64,000 bases of DNA from Carpediemonas membranifera BICM. Lineage: Eukaryota > Protista > Fornicata. Within the stretch, counting starts at the first letter, position 1. Each line of letters opens with the position of its first letter. The notes below the pieces were generated by a model. The model did no database searches. It saw only the letters and a list, made by a program, of their open reading frames with translations, and was not told the origin of the DNA. The stretch lies in assembly GCA_019828565.1 (NCBI GenBank), contig JAHDYR010000024.1:404834-468833 (forward strand), written 5' to 3'. Below, in pieces: positions 29,741 to 41,353 of the stretch. Made by a program: the position numbers and the translations under genes.

Positions 29741-31300
29741 ATGGCGCACAGAACAAAGAATGCTAGTAAGGCACTCATCGCTGCGTTCAAACTCGCCGTC
29801 GAGGTGCGCTCAGTGCCCAGCGATGCCCTGTTCCTCATCCTGGACGCCTATGAACGGCAAAACGGGAATAAGCTCCCTGGATATGAAAGACTAGCGTGCT
29901 TTTCTCGCAAAGAACGTGGCGATGATCTCGACAAGCTCATCGCCGCTCTTGCCATCATCCCGCCACTCAATCCCGAGGCACAGGCCCTCCTCGACGGCGC
30001 CCGCTGTCTGATATCGGAGGCCACGACCCCCTGGACGGCCGTGGAGCTGCCAGAGGACGATACTACATCCCCGCTGCTCGGTCTAGCTCCAGCTCTCTTG
30101 TGGGCCCTGCTGATGGCCGGTGGTGCCAACCCAGACCTGGCACTGACCGATGAGCGTGCCGCCGATGACAATATCTGCTATACTCAACGCTCCAAGTTCC
30201 CCTGGTTCCTCTGCAGGGTGTTCCTCCAGTCCCATCGGCTCGCCAAGAAGGACGGTGAGTACTACGCCCACCGGGACGGCCAAGGGCGGTGTCTCTTCCA
30301 CCGCTTGTATGTTGGCCGACTCTTCCTGCTCGACACAACCGAGCACACCTGCTTCACCCGCGCCAGGGTGCCTAGGGCTACGAGGGTCCTCTGCGACGGG
30401 TCGACCTGCCTTATACAGACCGACAAGGGATTGTGGGGCTTTGGCGACAGCAGCAATGGTCAGCTGGGGCTCACGGTCTCTGACTTCGTCGACCCGACCC
30501 GTCTCACCTTCCCCGCCTGCCCCGAAGTCGCCGCGCTCGAGGCCAGTCTGCCCCTCTGGGAGAAGCACCGCCTCGTGCGGCAGCTCTCTGTTGCCCACAG
30601 ACGCGTCCTGCTCCTAACACCAGTTGGCCTGATCATTGCGGGCGACGGTGCGGGATGGGCCACGGGTGGGAGTGAAAGTGGCCAGTTCCAGCCGGTTCCC
30701 CTGCCTGATGGATTCGTCCCAGATCATATCATCAATGATGCTCTCACCGTCATCCTCTCCATGGGCGACCATCAGTTGATTGCCGGGGACAACTACATGG
30801 GCCGACTCGGCATCGGTCACACGCACTGCTCGCTGACGTTCGTCGACCTTCCCGTCCACGTGGACCGCATCGTAGTCTGCGGCGACATCTTCACCGTCTA
30901 CTCCTGTGGCTCTGCTCTGTTGTTCGCAGGGCAGGTCTCTAGTGGTCTGGTCGAGGCCGGAATCATGCCCGGACACGCGGTATTCGACCGCTGCGTGTTT
31001 CCCGTTGAGTTGACTGTTCCCCGAGACATCACTCGCTTCTGGTGCGATCATACCGCTGTCTGCTGTGTTGCTGGCGCCACCACTCTTTTTATTAGCGGTT
31101 GTTGCTACCACCTGCCCATCGAGGCCGCCTTCATCTCAGCAGTTCTAGATTGCTCTCCTGGCCCCCTCCCATCATTCATGGACGTCGATGGCGACGTTTA
31201 CGTTGTCAGCAAGGTGAAGAAGGGCACGTGCCATGTAACAACAAGCCCGCTCTTACGACTCGTGGCAGCTGAAGAGATTAGAGTTTGCCATATTAAATAA
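29741..31300 (+). CDS. Divergent RCC1/BLIP-II-like repeat protein, lineage-specific family
   Basis: GLWGFGDSSNGQLGL and GDNYMGRLGIGH are RCC1-type motifs. Clear paralogue of 44971-46555. Confidence 0.8.
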   Translation: MAHRTKNASKALIAAFKLAVEVRSVPSDALFLILDAYERQNGNKLPGYERLACFSRKERGDDLDKLIAALAIIPPLNPEAQALLDGARCLISEATTPWTAVELPEDDTTSPLLGLAPALLWALLMAGGANPDLALTDERAADDNICYTQRSKFPWFLCRVFLQSHRLAKKDGEYYAHRDGQGRCLFHRLYVGRLFLLDTTEHTCFTRARVPRATRVLCDGSTCLIQTDKGLWGFGDSSNGQLGLTVSDFVDPTRLTFPACPEVAALEASLPLWEKHRLVRQLSVAHRRVLLLTPVGLIIAGDGAGWATGGSESGQFQPVPLPDGFVPDHIINDALTVILSMGDHQLIAGDNYMGRLGIGHTHCSLTFVDLPVHVDRIVVCGDIFTVYSCGSALLFAGQVSSGLVEAGIMPGHAVFDRCVFPVELTVPRDITRFWCDHTAVCCVAGATTLFISGCCYHLPIEAAFISAVLDCSPGPLPSFMDVDGDVYVVSKVKKGTCHVTTSPLLRLVAAEEIRVCHIK

Positions 31301-31327
31301 CGTTTAAATTATTAAACTATCCGGCCC

Positions 31328-34300
31328 TCACCGGAGGAACTCGCTAAAGTCGATGCTGGGCAGCAGCTTCTGCAGCTCGGCGGGGGTCAAGCCCTCGTGC
31401 ACCAACACAGGCGCCTCCACGGAGAGCGCAGTCCCGTCGCCGTCCCTGAACGGGTTGTGCGTAGCCCCAGTCGAGAAAAGGACCTCGATGCGGAACCTGC
31501 TGGCGGCCGACTCGTAAACCTTGAAGACGACGTGGGTGAAGAAGTCGAGCTCGACGATATCCGACCTGTCCAGCAGCATGCCCTCGACGCCGCTCATGAG
31601 CAGCAGGTTAAGGATGCCGTGGAGGTGGGACTCCGACGTGAAGTACAGCCGCAGCGAGGGCACCGCCTCGAACATCATGTTGTCCGCCGTCCTGGCGAGC
31701 TTGTACATCAGAGGGCCCGTCGAGTACGTCGCGATACGGAGCCGCTCGTCTGCGGTCATGCCGTACTCGTGGGGGATGACGATGTTGGCGAGGTCGACGA
31801 CGGCCTCATACATCGACTTGAGAGTGTCGACGATGGGCGAGCCCAGCAGGAAGTCCTCGCGGCAGGAGTGCAGGGCGTCGAACTTGATCCCGTCGAAGAT
31901 GTCCGGGATCTTGCTGGTGTCCCACACGCCCGTCTTGGGGTGCTTGAAATCGTCCCGGGCCTTCTTCCACCGCGACATCATCAGGTCGAGCGTCTCGTGC
32001 GGCCCTAGATTCGTCTCGGGCGAGTACTTGTCCAGCAGCGGCTCCAGCTCCCGGATGAGGTGCTCGATCTGGCTGTAGACCTCGATCAGGGCGGCCTCCG
32101 GGTTCGGGTTCTCCGTGAGGTAGTCCAGCAGCTCTGGGCTGAGGCGGGTAGAGAGGTCGTCGAATGCAGAGGCCATGTTCCGGTAGCTGTAGAGGTCTGG
32201 GGGCGTGAGCAGCACGTTCCGCAGATCCTCCTTTGCCTTGTCGAGCAGACCGGACAGCTTCTTCGGCTGCTCGATGAGTAGGCTGTTCTCCTGCACGAGG
32301 TCTGCAGGAATGGGGTCCGGCGAGAACAGTGCCTGGGAGAATGTGATCGCCGACCGGTGCACCCGCCGCTCGTTGTTGGTGTAGACCTTGGCGTTGGCCA
32401 GGAACTGCCGCTTCTTCACGGGGTCTGACGGCAACACGCTCTCCCGGAACACAGCCCCGAGCTTCTTCGCCTGGTGTCGGCCGGCACGGGTCAGGCTGCC
32501 GCCCCACTTGCAGATGAGGAGGGCGCCGGGGACGCCGTTAGTGGTGCGATCCTTCGCCTGGATTTTGAGCCCGTCAAACGTCGACTTGCAGCAGGACAAC
32601 ACCTGCCTCAGCCCGGCCTGCTCAGAGGCCCAGTCGGCCACAAGCCCGGCGTCTCTCACCCTAGCGTCATACACGGCGTCCTCGAGGATCTGGACGAAGC
32701 GGCCCATCCAGTCCTGCTCGTACTCGGCCTTGATGACGAGGTCCTTGCGGAGATCCCCCAGATGGCCCAGCAGCGGCGAGTACTGCACCCGCACCTTGAC
32801 CTTCTGCTTGGGGGTCCGGTCGCCGTGCCGGAACACAGCGAGGATGCCCTTGAGCGTCTCTTCAGACCGGCTCCGGGATGAGTGGGCGAGTCGGTTGAAC
32901 AGGTTCCTCAGCACGGGCAACTTGATGCAGTCTATGAGGGGTAGGGCCGTGTCGATGGGGAGGGCGTGGTCCTGACCGAGGGCCTGGAAGGGGTTGTGGG
33001 ACGCCCCCGTCGACAGCTCAACCCGGACGGAATATTTGCCGTCGACGGTGCGGTAGAGCTTGAAGACGAGGTGGGAGAGGTAGCTCATGTCGCTGACAGG
33101 CCGGTAATTCAAGCTCAGCCCAGGGACGTGGGTGTAGAGGAAGAGTCGCGTCAGAGCAGTGATGTGAGTGGTGTCGGCGAAGTACATCGTCAGCCGGCCA
33201 GACCGGGTGTCGCCAGGCCCCTGGCGCCGCATCTGCCGCTCCCACTCTCTGTGGGTCAGGCCGACGGGCACGACGCTGCTGGTCTCGAAGTTCCTGGGGA
33301 CTGACTGGGGCATCTCCGGCGACGACAGGTCAAACGTGGCAGGGTCAAAGGCCGTGTCGACAGTGACGCTGAACCCCCGCAGGTCAGACATCATACTCTG
33401 GGGATCGCCCAGTCCGCCTGGTGTGCTAAGGACGCTGAACTCAGAGAGCGCGTCGATGTCGGGCTCGTTCTCCACGGGGTCGTTCTCCCGAATGGATGCG
33501 AGGTCGGCGATGTTCAGATTGCTCCCCTTGTGGTTGAGGGGCAGGCCCACTGACCGCAGCACAGGAGTCTGCCATCGCGTGTTGGCGGCCGTGATGAAGG
33601 GCGTGCCATGCATTGCCAGCTCCAGGTCCGTGATGATGGCGTTGAGCAGGTTCGACGAGATTCGGTTGGCCAGACTGCGCTTATCCTGCGGGGTGATGCC
33701 GTACTCAGCCCCGATGACAAGCTCGGCCAGGCCGTGGACGACGGGGTAGACCATCGACACCCCGGACACCAGCTGGCGGTTGTGTATCGCGTCGTACTTG
33801 GCGGCGTCGTAGATGTCCTTGATGACGGCCGTGTGCATGCAGGTCTCGTCCCTCAGACGGGTCAGCAGATGTGTCCAGCGCCACAGCACCACGCGGTGTG
33901 GCTCCCCGCCGCATGCGACGCCCTCAGGGTCGATCGCCTCGCCCAGGTCCGCTACTAGTCGTTCCATGAGTCGGGTGAGCTCCTTGAGCGCTCTAGTGGG
34001 GTTTCCAAGGGCTTTAAGGCCGGTCGGGAGCAGAGATGCGATCTCCTCGTCGGTGTAGTCGCTTTGCTGGAACCCGAAGACGCGGTTAGCCAGGAGTATG
34101 GATACGAGCTTCTTATCGATCTTCCTGCGCCGTAGCCTGACCTTGCCCGCCTTCCACTGCAGCATGCGGTCCTCCGTGACCAGCGCCTGGGCAGCTGGGG
34201 CAACCGCATCAGGGTAGGCTGACGCCAGTGTCTCATAGAACACCTCCGCGGTCCGGGACGTCCTAGCCTCGCTGCTGTGGAAGATCCGCATCTCCTTGAG

Positions 34301-35882
34301 GAAGTCCTCGCGCCGGTCAGCGGGCAACACACCCTCCGCAAAGGCCAGCGCCGCTTCCCTAGTCTGGCTGACACCCGCGTGACTCAGCCGGCCGCCCCAT
34401 TTCAGGACTACGACGGCCTCTGTGTTCTTCCCACTGGGGCACGTGGCCTGGCACTCCTTGCGGTGGAAGGTCAGGGTCGCGTTCGTCAGTCGCTCGTCGT
34501 CCAGCGCCCGCACCAGCTGCATCGCCGACTCCCGCAGTTCAGCAGGAGCGTCTGAGTCACGCAGTTTTAGGAGAGTCTCATGGAACTCGAGGACCTTCTG
34601 TGGGGTCCTATCCCTACTGATGGTGGTGTGGGCCTTGACCCGACCAAAGACGCTGTTGACGATGGAGATGGGGAGGACGACCTTGATCTTCCCCTTGGGC
34701 CTCCTGTCGGCGTACCGGGCGACGCAGACGACGGCCTCGAGCTGGCCCAGGTCCGCCTCGGTGGTACCAGGGGGCATATCCTCGCTGGTCCTGTTCTCGT
34801 GACGTGCGACCAGCCTGCTCTTGGCCTGGATGACGAGCTGCCTCAGTACTCGGGCGGTGTGGTCGTAGTAGTGGTGGTCGCCCTTGACAAACGACCAGCC
34901 GTTCACGTCACACACAATGAAGCTCTTGTCGGGCTTGCGGAGGATGTCGAAGCCGCAGACGCGCTGGCCAAACGCCTGCCCGATCATCTTGGCCGCCCTC
35001 CGCTCCTCATGGGAGAGCACGCACACCTCGCGGACCTCCTTGCCGCGGTCATCCCGCTCCACGATCCCGTCGAGGGCCGGCGTTTTCCTCAGCTCGCCGT
35101 GCACGTAGTCGGGCAGCACGGTGTACGCCTTGAGGTCCTTGGCGTCCTTGACCTCGAGGAACTCCTCGTACAGATATGCCCCGTCCCTGCGGACGTCACA
35201 CGGGCCCGGGAAGAACTCGGAGGACTTGCAGTCGACCTTGCGGAAGAGCCGGCGGACACCCGGGCCGCACGGCGACTCGGGGCCGAAGTAGATCCAAACG
35301 TTGTGGTCCTCGCCGTCGACTGGCTTCTCCACGAACGGGGTCTGCAATGTCTGGAATCCCCTGAAGGAAAGTGTGCTCCCGTCAAAGACGACGTCCGCCT
35401 CGTCGATATCCATCCTGTCCCGGGACACCGCGAAGTGCCTGGCTACGGGGATCTTGGCGCCCTTTAGCCTGGAGTACACCTCCCTTCGATCCTGCAGTGC
35501 CTGCTGCAGGCGGAGGTCGTTGATGCAAAAGGGGTGAACGGTGTCCACGTAGCTGATGGCCTTCTTCAGGGGAAAGCCATCTGAGTAGAAGCTGATGAGG
35601 ACGTCGACGACGGGCCAGTTCTCGATGGCTGTGTGAGTACGGGGGGGGGGACGAACGTTGGTGGAGGATGAGATCGTTAGGGAAGTAGACAACCTTGATG
35701 TCGCCATGGGAGGTGATACGCTTCACAATTTCCCGCATTGGTTTGCTCCTCGCCTTCTTCTCGAGCACGCAGATGCCTAAGAGCACCTGAGAGCTTGAGT
35801 CCCTGTGCGCCGAGAGTCCTTTGGAAAGCAGGTTGAAGTCCGGGAGCTGCTCAAGCGTCGTCGGTCGTAGATTCAGTGGCAT
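31328..35882 (-). CDS. VIP1: Vip1/PPIP5K inositol pyrophosphate kinase with two tandem histidine-phosphatase domains; intron at 35629-35656
   Basis: KKARSKPM, LISFYSDGFPL.KAI, FVEKPVDGEDHN, CGFDILR and CDVNGWSFVK. RHGDRTPKQK and LYFTSESH are present in the second phosphatase domain. Confidence 0.95.
35629..35656 (-). other. 28-nt intron
   Basis: GTTCGT...CTCACACAG. Splicing gives FPNDLILHQPIENWP. Confidence 0.92.
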
Positions 35883-35983
35883 GCTTTCTGTTGCCTTCTG
35901 GGCTTGAGAAGTGCCTGGAGAAGTCGCAAATGAATGAATCAAACTTTACAACAATATATGGGGCATCATCCTCCACCAGCCGC

Positions 35984-37375
35984 TCACTCGCACCACCAGT
36001 GCTTGAACCCCGGCAGCAGTGAGGCGATGGCCGGTGCCAGGCTCCACACGGCGTACGCCGCCTCGCTCTGGTCCCCGGCAACCCGCCCGAAGCACTCCAT
36101 GGGCCGCTCATCACGGAAGAAGGCCCGCATCTCGCTGTCGAAGAAGGGGTTGGCCTTGCAGTGCTGTCCAACGGTCCGCTTTGCTTCGTCAAGCTTGCCC
36201 TTGACGTACTGCGTAAGAATAATGGGCAACCCCATCTGAAGATCAGGCTCCCCCGGCCGCTTAGTGAACTCCTCGTCGCTGATGTTGGCGAGCCTATTAG
36301 TGAGCACCTCCACCGCCAGCTGCCCCATGCCAACGTTCATGTGATCCAGAATATCGAGGGCGTTCACCTCCTGGAACAGCTCGCTGGCCTGCTGGGCACT
36401 GCCGTCAGGCTCCATGAGCGCCGTGTTCCCCAAGAACGACATCGCCCTCACCAGCGGCCGGGCGAAGGCATCGTCGTGTGTCCACATCAACCCCTTCCCC
36501 AGCCGCAGGGCCCTGTCGTAGCTGGGGCGGGCCCGAGCTAGGGCTCTCGAGAGATGGGCGATGCGGCGGCCGGTGGGGCACACCGCTTCTGCCATGTACA
36601 TGTGGGCCTCGAGGCAGTCTGTGTCATGGGTGAACGCTGAGACCAGCCTGCCCCGGCACTTGTCGGGATCCGTCTTCGAGCACTGGAAGGCCTCGAGCAC
36701 GAGCAGCTGGGCCTCGAGCATGCCGCGGCGGGCCTCCCTGCAGACCTTCAGCTCGTTGAGGACGAGGTTTTTCTCCTTATCGAGCAGCCTTAGGGCCACC
36801 GTGTCGAGCATGGGGATGGTGTAGGGCGGAGGAGGCAGGTCCTTCTTCTTGAACGGGTGGTTCCCAAGATAACGCACTGTCACAGGGCCCAGCTTGCGGG
36901 CGGACTCTATGCGTTGTATGACGTCTGGGTCTGCTTTGTACAGCCTCGCCTTGGTCGGGCCGTCCAGGTGGGGCAGAACGTCGCTGAAGATGCGGTCGAC
37001 GAGGCTCTGGCAGTAGTCCCCGATGGAGAAGCTCACGTCCATGCTGTACAGCATGTGGAAGTCCTTCAGCGCCTGGTCGTGGCAGCCAGGAAGCATGGAG
37101 GCCGCCACCGCCCGACGAAAGCGGGTTTTCGAGTGCTGGCCGTCGATCGAAAGGGCCTTGTCCGCATGGAATATGCTGTCCTTGTATCTCTTGAGCTTTG
37201 TGTAGCACTGTGCGGTGTTGCTGTGGAGCACCACGCGCAGCTCGGCGTCCTTCGTCTCCTTGGTCTCGTCGAGGGCCGCGAGGTACAGATCAACGGCATC
37301 GAGGAACTCTCCCTTGCGATAGTGCTCGTTGGCCTTTTCTTTCAACGTCTCCGCCGTACGGGGCTCGTTGCTCAT
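35984..37375 (-). CDS. TPR protein: co-chaperone-type N-terminal TPR plus a C-terminal TPR-like region
   Basis: AETLKEKANEHYRKGEFLDA..LY, LHSNTAQCY.KL and KTRFRRA. The start may be at 37420. Confidence 0.85.
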   Translation of the reverse strand: MSNEPRTAETLKEKANEHYRKGEFLDAVDLYLAALDETKETKDAELRVVLHSNTAQCYTKLKRYKDSIFHADKALSIDGQHSKTRFRRAVAASMLPGCHDQALKDFHMLYSMDVSFSIGDYCQSLVDRIFSDVLPHLDGPTKARLYKADPDVIQRIESARKLGPVTVRYLGNHPFKKKDLPPPPYTIPMLDTVALRLLDKEKNLVLNELKVCREARRGMLEAQLLVLEAFQCSKTDPDKCRGRLVSAFTHDTDCLEAHMYMAEAVCPTGRRIAHLSRALARARPSYDRALRLGKGLMWTHDDAFARPLVRAMSFLGNTALMEPDGSAQQASELFQEVNALDILDHMNVGMGQLAVEVLTNRLANISDEEFTKRPGEPDLQMGLPIILTQYVKGKLDEAKRTVGQHCKANPFFDSEMRAFFRDERPMECFGRVAGDQSEAAYAVWSLAPAIASLLPGFKHWWCE

Positions 37376-37601
37376 GTCGAAAGGCTGGACTATCCGAATT
37401 ACGTATACATAACAGGCCATATACCGATCCAGGCCAGGGCGAGTGCCACCCCAATCTCAAGGCTGGGTGCAGGCTCAGGCTTTCCTGGCAAACTGGAAGG
37501 AATCATGGGTCAGCCCAATGAGCCTGCCAATTCTGTCCAGATATTGCTGTCGTAACATGATAAATGGATTAAACTTCATGATAAAATCTGCGATTTATGC
37601 C

Positions 37602-38267
37602 TTAAGCCTCAGCAGAGGGCGAGTAGACGTGCTGCCAGAGGAGGCCGCCAATCTCCCGGCTGGTGAGCTCCACCTCGGTGGCGGGGCGCATCTTGGTAGT
37701 GTCGGTGATGGGCGTCGGCTTGATGTCGAACATGGTGCCGAAGATGTTCTCGTCGAGGAAGTCGTACCAGGGGCAGGAGACGTCCGTGCTGGGCGGGTAG
37801 GGCAGACGGCCCTTGCGGGGCAGCGCGTTGAGCTTGGTGCAGTGGATTGAACCGAGCTTGCGGAGCTTGCCGTTGGCGTCGCGGGGGCGAGGGAGCTCGT
37901 AGTCGAGGTTGAGAGTGCGGAGGGCGTTGCCATGCTCGAAGTCGATCCAGGTGGGGCGGTGGCGCATCAGGTACCAGGAAACCGGCAGGATACGGCCCTT
38001 GCGCACAGGGTTGAGCAGGATCGGGGAGCAAATGACGCGGCCAGTCTCGGGGGTGTCGAACAGGTTCCCGAAGACGCACTCGTCAATCGTGTCGAGCCAG
38101 TCGCGCTCGATCGTGGCGTTGGGGTTGATCGGGGTCTTGCGGCCGCGGCGTGGCTCGCAGGTGAAGCACTCGGCGTTGTTGAGCTGGAAGTGAGCGTTCT
38201 CGTAGCAACGAGGGCACTGGAAGAAGTCTGGCGCGAAGCGCGTTGTGAGATCGGATTGATTCATCAT
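37602..38267 (-). CDS. Hypothetical protein with an N-terminal CxxC...CxxC motif
   Basis: 221-aa ORF with strong C/G3 codon bias; CPRC...CFTC. Confidence 0.7.
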   Translation of the reverse strand: MMNQSDLTTRFAPDFFQCPRCYENAHFQLNNAECFTCEPRRGRKTPINPNATIERDWLDTIDECVFGNLFDTPETGRVICSPILLNPVRKGRILPVSWYLMRHRPTWIDFEHGNALRTLNLDYELPRPRDANGKLRKLGSIHCTKLNALPRKGRLPYPPSTDVSCPWYDFLDENIFGTMFDIKPTPITDTTKMRPATEVELTSREIGGLLWQHVYSPSAEA

Positions 38268-38566
38268 AGTGTAACGTTCTGTGAACAGCTTCGCAGAAAA
38301 GGTTCGCAGGAGAGGTTCGCAAGCCGAACATTGCTGGAAAACTCAAACTTCAGAGAATGCTGGTGCAAAACAACGAAAATTCAATGGTGTACGCGCTAAT
38401 CACGAGGGAATACAAGTCGCTGATTAGACGATTGTTGTTCTAAACAGAGATCCCGCCATGTCGTGTTTAATTGTCAGATTAGACCACCATGATGGTCCAG
38501 GTCATGATAACGAGCACATATGCCACATATGGGCCTCACATCACATGAATACAGTGTATACCGACT

Positions 38567-40291
38567 TTAATACGCGGAGCTACGGTGCTTGGGCTCGAAC
38601 GTGTAACCCTCCGGCACCTTCCCCAGCACCATCTCCGAAATCTTGACCCAGTCTGACGCCCTGTGGCTGCCCATGAGTGTCTCCAGGTCGTCCCGACCAA
38701 TGTACTCCGGAGCCCTGAGGTTCATGGCCTGGGGTTGTGTCAGGATGCCGAGGGGGACGTAGCGGCAGGCAAAGGACAGCCACTCAAGGAGGTAGTGGCG
38801 CGTCTTCTCCACCCCAACGGAGTCCGAGCCCCAGTGGGCCAGACCGTGACTCACGAACTGCCGGATGAGGTCGAGTCTCTCACCTGAGCTGATGTCGATG
38901 GGGTGGTGCTCCTTGATCTCCCGGAACAGCCACGGCTTGTACAAGGCGCCCCTACCGAGCATGGTTCCGGTCACCTCGGGGTACGTCTCCCGGACATGGC
39001 AGTAGTCGGCGTAGGTCAGGATGTCGCCGCACCCCCCAACGTCGATGCCCATAGGTGAACCTGCCTTGGCCGTATCCTGCACGAGGGTCCAGTCCGCAGC
39101 CTTGGTGTACCTCTGGAGGGCAGACCGGCCGTGCATCCAGACAGTGCGGACCCCGGTGGCGTCGAACAGGGGCAGGAGACCCAGGGCAGTGGCCTTGGGC
39201 TTGCGGGGGCCGTGGACGCGGACCTTGACTGAGACGGGGACGTCCACGGTGGCCGTGAGTGAGCATAGGGTGCGGGATATGTCGTACGTCGAGCCCATCA
39301 GGGCGGCACACATCCCCTTCTTCGTCCAAAGATCCAGCGGGCACGCCGCGTTCAGGTCAACGAACTTGGCGTCAGTGTGGGCCATGAGGACCTCTGCTGT
39401 GTGGGCGATCTCGTCAGGCCACCGTCCGGCGATCTGGAGTCCGAAGAAATTCTCGGTCGGGTGCTTCTGTGCGAATGACACGTCCTGCTTCTGACCGCTC
39501 ATGACGGACTCCGCCAGTATCATCTCGCTGAACGTGATGTCCGCCCCCTGACCGACGCACACCGCCCGGAACGGCAAGTTGCCCACAGTGCACATGGGGG
39601 CAAGGGCAAGCTTGTCACTGATGTCCATGCGGGGTGTGTCGCGGCGGTTCTTGAAGGCCACGTGGGTCAGCTCGTGTGTGCTGCCGGGCAGGATGAGCTT
39701 CTCTGAGACAAAGTGCTCCGTGTCGAAGTCTACCATGTCCTTCTTGATCGATGCGAGCTCCTTCACGACGGGCTCGCACTTGTAGGGATAGCGCTTCTTG
39801 CGGACCTGGAATATAGTGTCAGAAGGCACGAATACAGGCCTGTTATCCGGGTCATATGGTCCAGCAAAGGGGTTCCCCTCGACCTTGAAGTGGGTGGACG
39901 AGAAGCGGCAGTTGACGCCGTACTCGCAGAAACCGTGGTCCTGGATGTTGGGGCACTCGATGCCGAGGTGTGCGAGGTCCTCTGGGGCGTTGGCCAGGTA
40001 TCCCTCAGGGCCTTCGAGCTCGTGGATGGAGCGGCACTTGGGGTTGGTGCACTCACCGCGGTCCTGCTTGAACTTGCAGTACTGTGGCGGAGGCATGTAG
40101 CGCTTCCTGCCACGAGTAACGCCAGACTTCTTCCTCTTTCCCTTCCCATCGACGGGAACAGCAACGACCTGCTCCTCCGTGTCCCTTTTCTCCCCTGCAG
40201 GCTCATCCGCCTTCCGCTTGGTAGGTGCAAGGTATTCAGGCTTGATTGCAAGCTCGCCGGCCCGCGTGTCGTTCTCGTGCTCTTCCGCCAT
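38567..40291 (-). CDS. DUS3: tRNA-dihydrouridine(47) synthase DUS3-like
   Basis: N-terminal CCCH fingers; LAPMCTVGNLPFR, DLNAACP, HGRS..QRYTKAADW, GRGALYKPW and HWGSD..GVEKTR. Confidence 0.95.
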   Translation of the reverse strand: MAEEHENDTRAGELAIKPEYLAPTKRKADEPAGEKRDTEEQVVAVPVDGKGKRKKSGVTRGRKRYMPPPQYCKFKQDRGECTNPKCRSIHELEGPEGYLANAPEDLAHLGIECPNIQDHGFCEYGVNCRFSSTHFKVEGNPFAGPYDPDNRPVFVPSDTIFQVRKKRYPYKCEPVVKELASIKKDMVDFDTEHFVSEKLILPGSTHELTHVAFKNRRDTPRMDISDKLALAPMCTVGNLPFRAVCVGQGADITFSEMILAESVMSGQKQDVSFAQKHPTENFFGLQIAGRWPDEIAHTAEVLMAHTDAKFVDLNAACPLDLWTKKGMCAALMGSTYDISRTLCSLTATVDVPVSVKVRVHGPRKPKATALGLLPLFDATGVRTVWMHGRSALQRYTKAADWTLVQDTAKAGSPMGIDVGGCGDILTYADYCHVRETYPEVTGTMLGRGALYKPWLFREIKEHHPIDISSGERLDLIRQFVSHGLAHWGSDSVGVEKTRHYLLEWLSFACRYVPLGILTQPQAMNLRAPEYIGRDDLETLMGSHRASDWVKISEMVLGKVPEGYTFEPKHRSSAY

Positions 40292-40416
40292 TGCCTGCTC
40301 CGACTCGACAGACTTTGAATCATGGAACCCAGCCTGTATGTGTGTGTTCTGTATGCCTTGGATACATGGCCCAGCACTGTGGCGCTGCTCTATTTACACT
40401 ATGCCCGGGCCCCGAC

Positions 40417-41353
40417 TCAGTCGCTATCTGACCCCCCCTCGGACGGGTCCTGCCCGTCGCTAAACTGTTCAAGGTACTTCAGAAGCTTGGTCGCCCCGCC
40501 CTTGAGTGTAGACATCCAGCTCCTGAAGGCCGCGGCGACAACGAGGAGTGCGAGGGCCAGTGCGGCTAGTACCATGGGGAGTACGGTGCTCTCGACCTCA
40601 ACCCCGCCCTGCAGGTACGCCCCGACACACGTCATGGAGGCTACCACGACCACGCCCGATAAATGGGTGCTGAACGGCCTGTGAGTGGCGAGCATGGGAA
40701 CTACGAGTCCCATAAAGGAAGCGATGAGACATAGACTGAAGAGGAAGCCGAAGACCATCTGTCTGGGCGTGTGGTACCCCCCCAGGTACGTCTCGGCGAG
40801 GACAAGCAGGGCCAGGCCGACTAGGGGGAGCATGAACACGGCGACCCAGGCGGCATGGAACAGCACACGGCGGGTGGTCTGCCATTTGTACGGCAGGTTG
40901 GCTGACCCTGGCACTGCCATGACGGCGAACAGGGCGATCACGGTGGAGTAGAAGGCGACGTGGCCGGAGATGCTGTTGGGGTGGCTGGAACAGGCGTAGT
41001 CGCCGATGGCCTCCTTGCCAAATGTGACGAACTGGTTGGTAAGGAGGGAGTATGCGTATACAAGGATGAACTGGGCATGGTATATGGGCAGGTGCTGCGT
41101 GAGGAAGAGGACAGGTACAAACAGAGAGACGCCTCACGTAGACGGCGTTGCAGACGGGAATGCAGAAGCCCGTACAGATAATAACTACGATGCTGGCATA
41201 GTACAGAATGGGATTCATTGTCGATACGATCCCAGGAAGTCCGTCCCGGCTGTGGCACTCTGTGAACCAGTCCCAGACGGTGTTGAACGCTGATGGAAGT
41301 TCCACAGATGCCCCTACGGCGCTTTCGTTGACTATATCGTCAAATGCGTCCAT
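40417..41353 (-). CDS. PAP2-superfamily membrane phosphatase, DOLPP1-like and divergent; intron at 41095-41122
   Basis: After splicing: multiple TM helices, NSISGH (C2) and ETYLGGYHTPRQ (C3-like). Confidence 0.7.
41095..41122 (-). other. 28-nt intron
   Basis: GTTTGT...CTCACGCAG joins the ORF 40598-41392 frame to the ORF 40417-40941 frame. Confidence 0.88.
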
